Assembly: GCA_023920165.1 (NCBI GenBank)
Contig: CP089280.1
Location: 2,046,001 to 2,110,000 of the forward strand
Source of the DNA: Curvularia clavata
Lineage: Eukaryota
Length of the DNA stretch: 64,000 bases
Reading direction: 5' to 3'
The position numbers and the translations under genes were made by a program. The notes beneath the pieces are model-generated. The model was not told the DNA's origin, did not search any database, and saw only the letters and a list, made by a program, of their open reading frames with translations. Shown here one piece after another: positions 12,046 to 24,098 of this stretch. The stretch's first letter is position 1; each line of letters begins with the position of its first letter.

Positions 12046-15000
12046 TCATAACATATCTTCATCATCATACTCGAACTCGCCGTCCCTTTCTGATCCTGCC
12101 ATGCTAGCCACCTCATCGCCCTCTGTGCCTTTCCATCCCAGTCCCGCCCAATCCCTTCCTGCTGTTCTCATGACAGCGTTAAAGTCAACATGAGCATCGA
12201 ACCACCGATCTCTTCTCTTAGACTCTCGGACCCCTCCTTCGAGCGCAACGCGACTCGCCCTCGTCGTGCGTGCTTTCTTTACTCCCAAGACACCGCCATT
12301 CGAGCCCAGCACGTCGGCCATGCGAGTCCGCTGCTGCTCAAGCGTTTGCTCGTGCGCTACGATGCTGCGGACGTAGGGTGCAAGGTCGAGTGTAATGAGA
12401 CTGAATGCGCGATCAAAAGACGAAGGAGTGAGTGTGAATGAGGTGCGTTCTGGAAGGAATTGGTCGGGTGGTGCAGCGAGGCAGTCGAGGGCTATGGCGA
12501 AGTCCTGGCGAGTGAGTCTAGTCTTTTGTTTTTTGTTTCGTTGGCGTTGAAGAATAGTTTGGGCATAGGCGCTCTCCGACATGGCTGCTGAAGGGTTTGG
12601 TGAGGAGAAGCACCGTTCTTGAGCCACTTCGGGATATGCGCGCTGGAGGAGCAGGTGGGTCTGCGTTGCTAGTGCTGTGTCGAAGTTCAGGAAGTCGGCG
12701 TAATGGTCGATTTGAATAAGGGGCGCTGCGAGTGTGTAACTCAGACGAGATTTCTCTGGGACTGGGGGTTGTGAGGCATCGGTGGGTTGGTCGTGATCGC
12801 GGCCATATGTGGGCAGGTCAATGCGGCAGTAGATGTCTGCCGCACTGAGTGACTCGGCATAAGCATCTAAACGGCTAAGTTCTTGGATACGCTGAGGAGG
12901 CTCCGCATTCTGCGTGTTGGGTGTTTGTCGTCTAGTCGTTGTCGAAGCTCCCCAGTCAGAAGGACTAATGCCCCAATCAATCCAAACTTCTTGCAGGAGT
13001 TCTTCTTCTTTGTCAAAAGCGGTATTGTCTGAGACCTCAAAGACGTTGTGCGAGAGCCAGCCCATACCAGACTGATATGTGTCCTTACTGGCAACTCTCA
13101 GAGTCTGACCATGTTCATCAACATCCTTGCCTGGCGGCCAGCGTTGATACATCCACTCCAAACCGCCTTTCCGATCTCCAACAGACATCTGACACCAGAA
13201 GTCAAGCTCCATGATACTAGCTCGGAGATCACAAGCTTTGGACAGATAGAGTTCGTTCACTGCCTGTCGCTCAAGGACATGTCCTTCCTTGCCCGCTACA
13301 ACAAGCAAATAGTCAGTGGCGAGTTCCACAGGAGGAGGCTGGAGGCGAAGAACAGCAGCGAGCGGCAGATCGTGCATTGGCACTTGTCGCTCATCGTTGC
13401 AAGTAATGACTATGGGCCGTTTCGATAGAGACGCAATCTTCGTGATCTGCGTCCAGAACTGTTGGTCCTCTTCGAATAAAATGTCCGCTTCTTCGATAAG
13501 GATTAGAGATTGTTTTTGGGATGCACGTGATGATTGTGTGAGTGGCAGCATTGCTTGAGTCGAGGTTGGTCGTGATTTCTTGACTTCTTGAAGCCGTGCT
13601 TGGGCTTTTGGTTTTGCGGCTGCCGTGCCAGCCTTTGCTTGAAAGAAGGATGTCATGGTGCCTTGCCGCCCACTGCTGATGTCTTTCTCAAGGCCCGCAT
13701 CCATGACACCATCTTCCGTATTGTCTACGGATTGAAGGGGTTCTTGAATTGACGCTGCGTCGCGTTTGTGGTTCACCAGGTGGTTTCCGGTCATATCCCC
13801 TACTTTGTCCTGAATGTCCTTTCCCGAACGACGCATTCCGGCGTGAATCTCGAACACTTCAAATCCCATCTCTTTGGCTACTGCGTGGACGGTTGCGCTT
13901 TTACCACAACCATGAGGCCCACTGATGAGCACCACATTCTTATCACGTGTCCACTGTGGTCGCCGGAATGAGCCTGGTTGCATGTAGCTTCTCCCTTCGA
14001 CGTCTGGAAGGCTCACCATATCTTCCTCTTCTTCTTCATCATCTGGTACAATGAAATTATCAAGGGTCTTCTTGCGTTTCTTGCGAGGTGGCTGTTTTGC
14101 GTCTACTGCAGCAGTGGTTTTTGACGCACCACTTACAGCCATAACGGTTAGACTCTCCAACCAATCTTTCAGTACTACTGCATCCGTGCCAATCTGCAGT
14201 ACATGTGCTGAAGAGCTTGGGGCATATTTTTGGGTCCAAGATCGAGTCTCGCATCTTCCCTCATCGAAGGGCGTGAGGGAGTACTCAATTTCTCCGAGAA
14301 GGCCTTGAATAGCTGCATGTAGCGTTTGTGGTTGTTTGATCAATAGCTGTTCACATACCCGACGCTTTATCTCAGGGCCTGTGGTAAGCAGACGTATTGG
14401 AAGTCGGACATCTTCGGGAGGTGCGAATTCCACTGCATGCTCATGATCCTTCCGGTCCGAAACACTTGAAAGATCTTGCGCAAGTCTTGCGACCATGTCT
14501 TCATGTTCTGGAAGTGTTACAACGGCGCTTTTCATCTTCCGGGGTCTCAACGCTAGCTGTACACGGCTGGGATTATGCAAAAGGGGTGGCCGGATTGTCG
14601 CCTCCAGATTGCGAACATGTACATTTTCGCCAGCCGGCCATGATGGTTCACTGAGACCAGACTGCTTGCCAACTTTGCTCGTCTGCAGTCCCCTGTTGTA
14701 GAACGCGGTAGGCTCTGGTGACTGGTCCCTTCGAGTTTCAGCACGAAGTTTCCCTGGGGTAACGGCACTTTTTCTAGGTGTCGTTGGTGGTAGCTCGTTA
14801 ACGACCTTGACTGAAGGTGTATCCTTTTGGGCCTTTCCAAGAAAGAAAGGATGCGTAACTTTAGGCGGCACAGCTGGCTTCGGCTGCACGCTCTTTTGAG
14901 ACACTTGGGATTTGGTTGACGTTTTCTTTGTGCTCAGAATCTCTTCGATTTTTTGACCGATGATGGATCTGCTTGCTGCGTCTGTACCATACTTGATGAC

Positions 15001-15863
15001 AGTCACTGTAGGAACGGCTTTGACTTTGGGCTTTCGGCCTCGTTTTTTCTTTGGAGGTGAGGCTGGGTCTACTGCTTGTTTTGGTGGACTTGAAACAAGT
15101 CGGCCACTTTTGGTAACTTTGATCTGCTTCTTTGGTGTGACGTTCTTCGTATCTTCTGGTACAGTTTCGGATGGCACAGCGACGGACTCCGGGCAGGCTG
15201 GCAATGATGGTGTACTAGGCGTAGTAGATGTGTTTGAGTGTTCCGTCTGATTGTATTGAGGTACTTCGGGCATGTCGATCATGGCCATGTCGGCCTGCAC
15301 GAGGGTGTTTGGTCCTGAGCCAAAACCCGCTGACCCATCTACCTGGACTTGCAGTTGTTGGTGCCAATTTAGAGAAGGTGGTTGCTGTTGCGCCAAGTTT
15401 GACAAATTGAGCGACGGTTCTGGAGACTCTGTCTTTCGCCTTTTCCTTCGATCATGATTGGGATCGACCTCCAAAGACACTTCAGTAGCACTGCTGGTAC
15501 CGTCTACAGTGTTCTCACTTGTTGTTTGTGCTGGCGGAGGTCGTGTGAATCGGTCCAAAGATGCCTGGTTCTTTGTATGAGACACAAGGTTCCTCTCTTT
15601 TGCCCCACTGCTCTTCGTAGCCTTCTTCTTGCGCCCTTTACTCGACTTAGAGTCTGTATCCGTACATTCGGAAGCGTCATGGACGTTTTCTGTTGGAACA
15701 TCGTTGGTGGTTCGACAAGGATTAGGTGCTTGGCCATCTAGACGAGGCGTGAGTGTTTGCATATCCGCGGTCTTGACAAGAACATACTTGGAGGCTTGGA
15801 AAAGAATGGATGTACGCTCTTGGCCTCCAGATTCATTGCAGATTGTACTGCTGTGAGGGCCAT
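12046..15863 (-). CDS. ELG1: Elg1/ATAD5-like RFC-family AAA+ ATPase (PCNA unloader)
   Basis: Exon 1 15863-15788 (MALTAVQSAMNLEAKSVHPFFSKP), intron 15787-15738, then a long exon with WTQKYAP, Walker A GPHGCGKS, degenerate Walker B LILIEEADILFEEDQQFW and KRPIVITCND. Confidence 0.88.
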
Positions 15864-16231
15864 GTACACGTTCAGAGCTACCAGAGCATTCGTAACATCA
15901 GGAAACACCGGGGAGAAGAATAACTATCACTCAAATGGCAATTGCGTGCGTAAACGTCGTAAAGGCAGGGTATGCGGTCACGGTCTGGGACGATGACCAA
16001 AAGACACTCGCAGGACACGCGACGTGACGCGCTAAAGACGCCATCCAAGCCACACTTCCCTGCGCGTGGCGCAGTTGCGCGCCAAGATTCCGCACGCTCG
16101 TCACCGCCCGTTTTCTGCCGAAGCTCCAACTTTTTTCCTGACGGGCACTCGACCACCAAACCAAAGCACGCGCTCCGCCCTACGGCTCACGCAGACCTCA
16201 GATAATCCGACTTCCAGGTCTGGCAAACATC

Positions 16232-19147
16232 ATGTCGTCCGATCAACCCATTGGCGCTCCCTTTACTTTGGCATCGCTGTCCAAGCCCATCGGCTCGACC
16301 AACGGACGGGTGCACGCTGCTGGCGTTTGCAGCATTAGCGGCATCAAGAAGAGAAAGCGCACAGAGATTGCAGTCGGCGTGGATGGTGAAGGCGTATCCA
16401 TCTACAGTGTATGTACCTCACGTTTGCGACATGCGACAGCTACTTAGACTTTCCAGCTACAAAACCCACAACTTGTAACCTCGTATGCGCTCCCACCTAG
16501 CGCAACGTTCACAGCCGCTCCATACTCCATATACCGCAAGGGCCCCTCGAAGACACCGGCGCATCGCTTCACATATGCCTCTCTTACTGGGTCTTCGCCT
16601 GCTGACAAGCCACAACTTGTCTGCTTCCACGACAAGACGAATGGAGAGCACACTGAGACTACCAAGACTTCATATACGCCCTCTGGTGCTGCGCATATCT
16701 CCACAATAGACTCTCTTCCCGTCGGGTCTAGCGGTTCTTCAAAGGACGCGACTCATGATGTCCTTGCGACCTTTGATAATGGCGATGTCATCTGTCTTTC
16801 TGCAGACCTGGACGTCGTCAGATGGGTCGCAAACCTGACCTCGTTGGTCTCTTCTGGGGAACCCCAACTTACGATCGAGCACGTTACGCTTGCCAGTGCT
16901 AGGTCCGTAACCCGAGGACTGTTACGCGGCCGACAGGACGTTGCGACAATTTTGGATCCCATGGCAGACAGCACGTCTGATCTTCTTGACCTTGTCCATG
17001 TACTCTGTGTTCTTGGTCGCAAGGCAAATGGCGCAAGGGTTCTGACTCTTTTACAAGTGCAACCAAGGTCTGCGGATCTCACTACGGCGCCACTCTCACC
17101 CATCAAGCATTTGCTCACCTTGGACCTTCCAGCGCCCTCGAAAGTGTCTATACTCCAAAGTCCTTCCACCCAGATCGCTCTGCATGCCTCTAGTGGCGCA
17201 CTCCACCTTATCGCGAAGGGAACACTGCTCTCCTACGATCTTTCAGGAACTGTGCCAAGGCTTTCCTCCGAGTTCGTCCTCCCTGCGCCCGGTGTCGATG
17301 CATTCCTGCGAACAGGACAGGACGTAATCTTCACCACTTCGCAAAACATGTGCAGGGTGTTTGACGTCAAATACAATTCTCTGCAAGCTTTGCAGTCAAT
17401 GGCCAGCAGTTCCTCTCCCTCAGACTCTACCAGCCCTTCCAAGAAGAGAAAGCACGCTCAACCAGAGACCAGTGAAAACGTAATGTCCCCTTGCAGCCTG
17501 GTGGCGTACTATGCCGACACTGGGCTCGTGGTAGCTGTCCGTGACGACGAGGTGTTTGGTATGCAATTCGGAGGGGCAGTAGCTCGGAAACGGGCCAAGA
17601 TTGAGGGCACTTTGCTCATCGACGCCCTCGGTAAAGGCATTGCGCCAGAACAAAGGGCTAACACCGGAGTCGACAGTCAAGCTTGGCAAGAGCGAAAGTG
17701 GAAGTTGAACAAATATGCCGCTAGGGGCAAGATTGCCAAGTTTGAGCAACTCTTCGCTACAGATCTGGGTATTGAGGTCGAGAGTGCTGATATAGTCCAA
17801 AAACGCGAAAATGAGGAATCTGGCGGACCTTTGACCAACGGTGGTGGACCAAGCCTACCAGAAGATGACGCCATGCTTATCGACAAGCTCGACGACGAGC
17901 CCTCGAAGGATGAGCTCCCGAGATGGAAGATGCCTCATGCTGTGCCTGGACACCAAAGACAGCAATACCGTCAGTACGCACTGTATGCACTCAGTAGAAT
18001 TTTCCAGTGCACAGATGCGAGTGAATCCGAACAGGACTCTCAAGGAGCCCTCAGGATTGCCTTTTTCCCTCCGAATGTCTTCCAGTGGCTTCTACACACT
18101 GGCCACCTCACCAAGGAGTCTATTCGCCGGTCACTACTCGATGAGGCAGACGGTCAGGTTCAGTCGGTACCAACTATCGTGGACGGTGACATTGTCAAAG
18201 CGCTTGTGGATTACGATTCAGAGTTGCATATTCTCTCTGCAGTTTTGAACCACACCCAGTTCCTTCCAGTTGGCGAAGTTGTTCAAGCTATCAAGCTTCT
18301 CATCCAAAGTATAGATGACGAACCGGAACAAGGCCAGACAACCAAGCTACTGACCAATGGCACTGCTCCATCAGAAGGCGAGATGGATGTAGATTTCGCT
18401 TCCGAACTGGAGGCAGCCTCGCACGAAATTGATCATGCCCTGTCAGTCCTCGACCATGGTCTTCTCACCCGGAGCCACACCCTGCGACCTGCACTCATTC
18501 GACTACATACTTTCCCAGCTCCGATGGTTAGTTCAACACTTCGGTCCATGTTGCCACGACGCGATCTTGAATCACTTATTCGCCTCTTGCACCTTGAGTT
18601 GAAGAACGGAGGATGGTCGTCGCCGCTGGGTTTTGTCGACATCGAAACTGCTGGTACTGAGACTTCTGGAGAGGACCCAGATGATCACGCAGTTTCTATT
18701 ATTGCTTCTCTACTTTCAAGTACTCTTGATGCGATTGGCGCAGGCGCTTGGCTCGCTTCGGTCGGCTCAGCATCCGCATCTGAAAATGCTGATGACATGC
18801 TCAAGTCACTCAACAAGGACGCTTCCGTCGCTCTTAGTGGTTTCTTTGAAGCGCACTTTATTCGCGGCTTACTCTCCGAGTTCCTGCGCTACGCATCTAC
18901 CGTACCTGCTTCAAACAAGCCCTCCAACGAGAGTTTGGAGATGCAAAAGAAGCCGTTTGAAGTCACGGGTAAATTGAGCGGAGAGGAGGATTTGCCAATG
19001 CTGCCACTTGGTGCAAAGGCAGATCAGGGCATAGAGAAGATGAAGAACAGCAAAGGTGGAAGAAAGGAGCAACGGAGCAAGCGGGAGATGGGTATGCTCA
19101 TCAGTAAAAAAGTGCCCAAGTACAGCTTCGAGCGCATTGTTGTTTAA
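16232..19147 (+). CDS. UTP8: Utp8-family nucleolar protein (SSU processome)
   Basis: Exon 1 16232-16408 (..KRKRTEIAVGVDGEGVSIYS), intron 16409-16456 (GTATGT..CAG), exon 2 LQNPQLVTSYALPP..., C-terminal PKYSFERIVV motif typical of fungal Utp8. Confidence 0.75.
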
Positions 19148-20020
19148 ACGCCTGTACCGTTGCTACTGGGTTTGTATAGCAACAAATAGTTTCCTTTTCG
19201 CAGTTCCAATGAACAGATGGTTTCTTTCTCCACAGACCCCCCTTCATCTACCAATATGGCAGTGCTGGCTTCTACGTACCTCAAGTTGCGATTGGCTCTC
19301 TCTACAGACGACCTTCTTTTACCAATGTGGCTGTGCTAGCCTCTACGTACGTAAATTGCGATTGGTTAGTAATATGTAAGGCTTCTATATTGACTGTCTA
19401 ATATTGACAGGGCCCCCTATACAGTAAATCGTCGTGTTGCAATTTTAGCAACAGAAAGCATACCGTGTCATGGGGGTAAATGCCATTATGCGCTACAGAT
19501 ACGAAATTAGCTTAGGTAGTTGTACTTTTTTCGGACACTATGCAGTTGAACACCCTGGGGAACAGTGGGTACGCGGCTTTTGTGAGCGCGAGGATCCGCT
19601 GATCTAATGATTAGGCCTTCCCACTAACAACTTGTAAGCTCACTTCCGTTAGAGGATGGCAGGAACTTTGCGCAAACTCTGTACTGTACTCTGTGCTCGC
19701 AAAGCAGATCGACATGCCGAATGGCTCCGAGGCAGGCCCAGGAGTGCTAACTAAGCTGTAAGCCCGCCTTGGCATGTTGCTTGGCCAATGGAATAGCCTG
19801 TCATGACGTGACTCGGATGTCCAAAACCGCCGAGGCGATCTTTGTTGCGGAGCGTCGGACGATGCAATAGATGCGATAGGCCATACGTCGAAGATCTCAC
19901 CCCTGTTCCTTGCTGCACAGCTCGGATGGTCAATGCCTTGCACGTTCCCTCTTGTTATTTCACCCTCTCCCGCATCGGACGTGTAAGCTTGTGCCATAGA
20001 CTCGGGTTCTCGTCGTCGCA

Positions 20021-23000
20021 ATGGCGTCTTCCGCAACCAAGCGAAGCGGAGAGGATGGGGATGAAGTGGATTCTAACACGACTGCAAGGCCATCACCTAG
20101 CGAGGGACTGGAACGAGCTGCGAGTTATCGACAAGACGTGCCCCAAACGGAACAAGAGGAGGAAAAAAAAGAGAAGAAACCATCCAAATTGAAAACAGCA
20201 TGGGACAAACTAGGCCTCGACGTCCCGACCCTTTTGATGATGGGCAAAGCCGCATTGCCACCTACCATTGCGCTGTCCATGTATCAAGCAACCGACGTTG
20301 CGCAGACGTACACGACATTGGGATACCTAACTGCGATTATTTCCATTCTCGGCTTCTGCATCATGCCACGCGCCAAATTCGTTCAGACTATGACGATGAA
20401 CATAATCGCCACATGTATCGGAGCGGGACTCGCAATGTTCATGTGCTGGACTGGCGTGAAAGCGCGAGAGCACTCTGCCAATCCTGCTGCACTGTACAAC
20501 TCCTCTCAGTCTGTTGTCCTCGCAGTATGGCTCTTTTTCCAAATCTATGTGGTTAATACTATGAAAGCAAAGTTCCCCCAGCTGGCCTTTCCTACAATAA
20601 TATACGCCATCTTCGTCAACGTCGCGGCAACAAACGGCTTCTTGTTCCGAACGGTACCGCAATGCCAGGCGTTCGTCCGGAGGCTGCTGGAAGCATTCTT
20701 GACAGGATTTGCGATTGCGACGGGCGTGAGCTTGTTGATTGTTCCTGTAACGTCACGAAAAGTTGTAATGAAGGAGTTCGCAGGCTATGTTGGACTGCTT
20801 AAAGGTGCCCTAGGTGCCCACAGAAATTACCTCAACAGTTTAGAAAACAGCGACGTGTTTGCGCAAAAATATGTCCCAGATCAGGAAGATGGCAAAAAGA
20901 AGAAAAACAAGCAGAAGATCAGGCCAGAGATTCAAGCGGTGAAGAACATGACGACATCGCTGCAGCAATTGCACGGCAAACTCACTGCAGATCTTCCATT
21001 TGCGAAACGAGAAATCGCCTATGGAAAACTGTCACCTGACGACTTGGAGGCCACGTTCAAAAACCTGCGATCCATTCTGCTGCCAGTTCTGGGACTAGCC
21101 TCGATCATTGATCTTTTTGAACGCATTGCAGAGGTGAACCACTGGGACGGAAACCAAGACGAGCATGACGATGCATTGCACAAGCAAATGGTAAAAGAAT
21201 GGAACGAGATGTTCACTTATGCGCACGATCAGCTCGGTAATATGTTCGACGCCCTTGACGACGCTCTCACGCACGTACTTTTCAAATTGGAGTTGGCAAA
21301 ATCACCGAAGAAGAAAGGCCAAAACCAGGACGATGCAGAGGCTAAAGGAGATTCTGTAAGGCCAGGAGATGCTGGATTTGCAGAGCATCTACAAAAGAAG
21401 ATTGATGAGTTCAATAGCACGAAAGAGCCCACGCTCTGCCACTGGGTCCAAACCAAAGGAATCAAGGTTAGCGACAACTATTTCTCGCATCCTTCGGCCA
21501 TCGACGAGGAAACTTTGAAGCTTATGCCTAGTATTGCTACAAGGAAGCGAGACCAACGGCAACTCTTCATGATCCTATACGTCATGTTTCTGCTTGGCGC
21601 GATAAGCCGCTCAACACTCGAACTGGTCAAGTTCGCCGATAAACACGATCAAGCGACAAGGAAGAACAAGCTTATCTGGCCCGGTGCACGGCGTTTCAAG
21701 AAGTGGGCGAAAAGTATTTTCCAGGCCCAAGATGCCAACTCAGAGGATGAGACAACAATTGCTGGTTTCGACAGAAACAAGACTACTGTATACATGGGAG
21801 AGGCATACAAGAAGAAAAAGGATCCAGAGCATCTACCACCCGCCAATGCATGGGAAAGATTCGGTAACCGGCTACGCGGAATTAGTTCCTTTCTCCGAAG
21901 TCCTGAATCAGCCTTTGGATTCCGTTGTGCTTGTGCTACGATGAGCTTAGCGATCATAGCCTTCCTGCACCCGACACAGAGGTTTTTTGTCGAGCAACGC
22001 TTAGTTTGGGCTTTGATCATGGTTGCTATCTCTATGACACCCACTGCCGGCCAAGCAATCTTCCAGTTCATATTACGTATCATTGGTACGGCTATAGCTA
22101 TGATCATCGCCTGGCTCATCTGGTACATCCCTGGTCAAAAGACTCCGGGCATACTTGTTTTCCTCTGGGTTTTTGTTGCAATTGGATTCTACATCCCACT
22201 CAAGCGCTTAGATTTGGTGATTGTTGGAATCATCAGTGTTGTCACGGCTACCATGATTGTTGGTTACGAGCTCCAAGTTCGAAAGATTGGCGAACAAGCG
22301 GCTGTGGCGTCGACAGGTCAACCCGCATACGCAATCTACATCCTGGGTCCCTATCGCCTGGGTACTGTTGTTGCCGGTCTGGCAGTAGCATTTTTCTGGA
22401 CGGTCTTTCCCTACCCTATTACTGAACACTCGGCTGTCCGCCAACAGCTTGGTGGTGCACTGTATCTTTCTGCAAATCTGTACTCTATCATGCATGAGCA
22501 GGTCATGGGCCGTATACGAGGCGAACTCGGTGGCGATGAAGAGAGCAATAAGGAGAGCCCCGGATATCAACTTGTCAAAGCCAGAAATAAGGTTTTTGCC
22601 AAACAAATGCTTACACTCCAAGGGTTAAAGATGCACGCAGGGTTTGTAAGATGGGAGTTCCCGCTCGGAGGCAAGTTCCCTACGGAGGAATATGAAAAGA
22701 TCATTGGATATGTTGAGAAGTAAGTTACCCCTCCGTCTTGGATGAGCACCAAATACCCGAATTAAAAAAAATATCTAACCAGATAACAGCATCGTCAACT
22801 ACACAGCTCTCCTCGGCTACACCTCCCAAGCCTTCACCGACCCTAAACTACACGAACTAGCCGCCAATCCAACCTCACCCTCAGTTTCTGACCCCAATTC
22901 ACCAGATCACCACCGAGCCCAGTGGTTCAACGACTTCCGCTGCGTCCTTTTGGACGCAAAAGTAACCTCTCACGAGACAACCTCCATGCTCGCCATGCTC

Positions 23001-23318
23001 TCCTCCTCCATCCAAAACGCGCAACCCTTGCCACCCTACCTCCGCGCGCCACCCGGCGCCCAGCTATCCCACAAGCTGGAAATGGTTGACCCTGAGATCC
23101 TCGGCCTCAGACACATTGCCGAACCAGGCTACGCAGCATTTGCTGTTATGGCGGTTAGCACGAGGTGTATTAACATGGAGCTTGAGAGGCTACTCAAAGC
23201 GGTCAAGGGACTTGTGGGCGAGCTCGACTTTTCGTTTCATATTGTTAGTACGAAGGAGGATGAGGATAGGGCGTCGAATGAGACCCTTGTTCAGAGGAGC
23301 TCCAGGAAGATGGATTAA
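20021..23318 (+). CDS. Multi-pass membrane protein, ArAE/FUSC-like (Bre4/DUF2421-type putative transporter)
   Basis: 900-codon exon with two hydrophobic TM clusters, KKKDPEHLPP motif and RLVWALIMVAISM; intron 22720-22789 (GTAAGT..CTAAC..CAG) joins in frame to a terminal exon ending LVGELDFSFH..KMD. Confidence 0.85.
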
Positions 23319-23628
23319 GGGTGGGGGTAGGTTGTGCATATTTGGGTTTTGTTGAATACACACCACATTTGTAATTTGTTGATAGAAATTCGTTTCTTAG
23401 TTTGAGGTATAGCATAGAAGAGTAGCTGAGCGAATCAGTTCAACAAGATAGGTGAAAATATACAAATGGCAACATAAGTAAGATAGGAACGCAAATCATG
23501 GTCTATTCATTATTCGTCTGCTAATCTCTACACAAGACATTATACTGCATCATATCTTTCGTTAGGCATTGTTCTTTTTCTTCGCTTCTTCCTTCGAATC
23601 AGCAACTGCAGGGTCTTTGGCTCCCTTT

Positions 23629-24098
23629 CTAGCAGGTGCCAACAGTCTTGGCGGAACCAATGGGCTTGAAAGCACCAAAAGTCAAGCAAGTCTTTCCGAC
23701 CTTGGTGACGGTCTTGGTGTTCTTGCCAGAGCACTCGCGGTCCTGGTAGATGACGACTGTAGAAGTTTCTTCGTTAGCTTTCTTCTCCTCCCTTTTCTTT
23801 GTGGTGTTTGAAACATTGTGAGGATTCTGAAAGGAAACTTACGGGAGCAACCAGCAGGAAGTTTGCTGAGGTTGGCAGGGTCAACGTAGAAGCTGTTGGT
23901 GTTTCCGCTGAAGATGGGCGAGGTGGGGAAGCAGCTGCCGTCGGTGGGGATATAGGCAGTGGTAACGGCCTGGGATGCGCATTGCTCGCCGCTGAAGATG
24001 CTCAGAGGGACGGCGTCGAGACGCTTGCTGAAGTCCGTGGGAGCGGCATTGGCACCGATGGCGGCGGCGAGAAGGATGGCGACAGTGGTGAACTGCAT
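23629..24098 (-). CDS. Small secreted cysteine-rich protein (127 aa, 6 Cys), effector candidate
   Basis: Signal peptide MQFTTVAILLAAAIGANA, pro-region ending in KR (Kex2 site), intron 23842-23757 (GTAAGT..CTAAC..CAG), exon 2 VIYQDRECSGKNTKTVTKVGKTCLTFGAFKPIGSAKTVGTC*. Confidence 0.88.
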
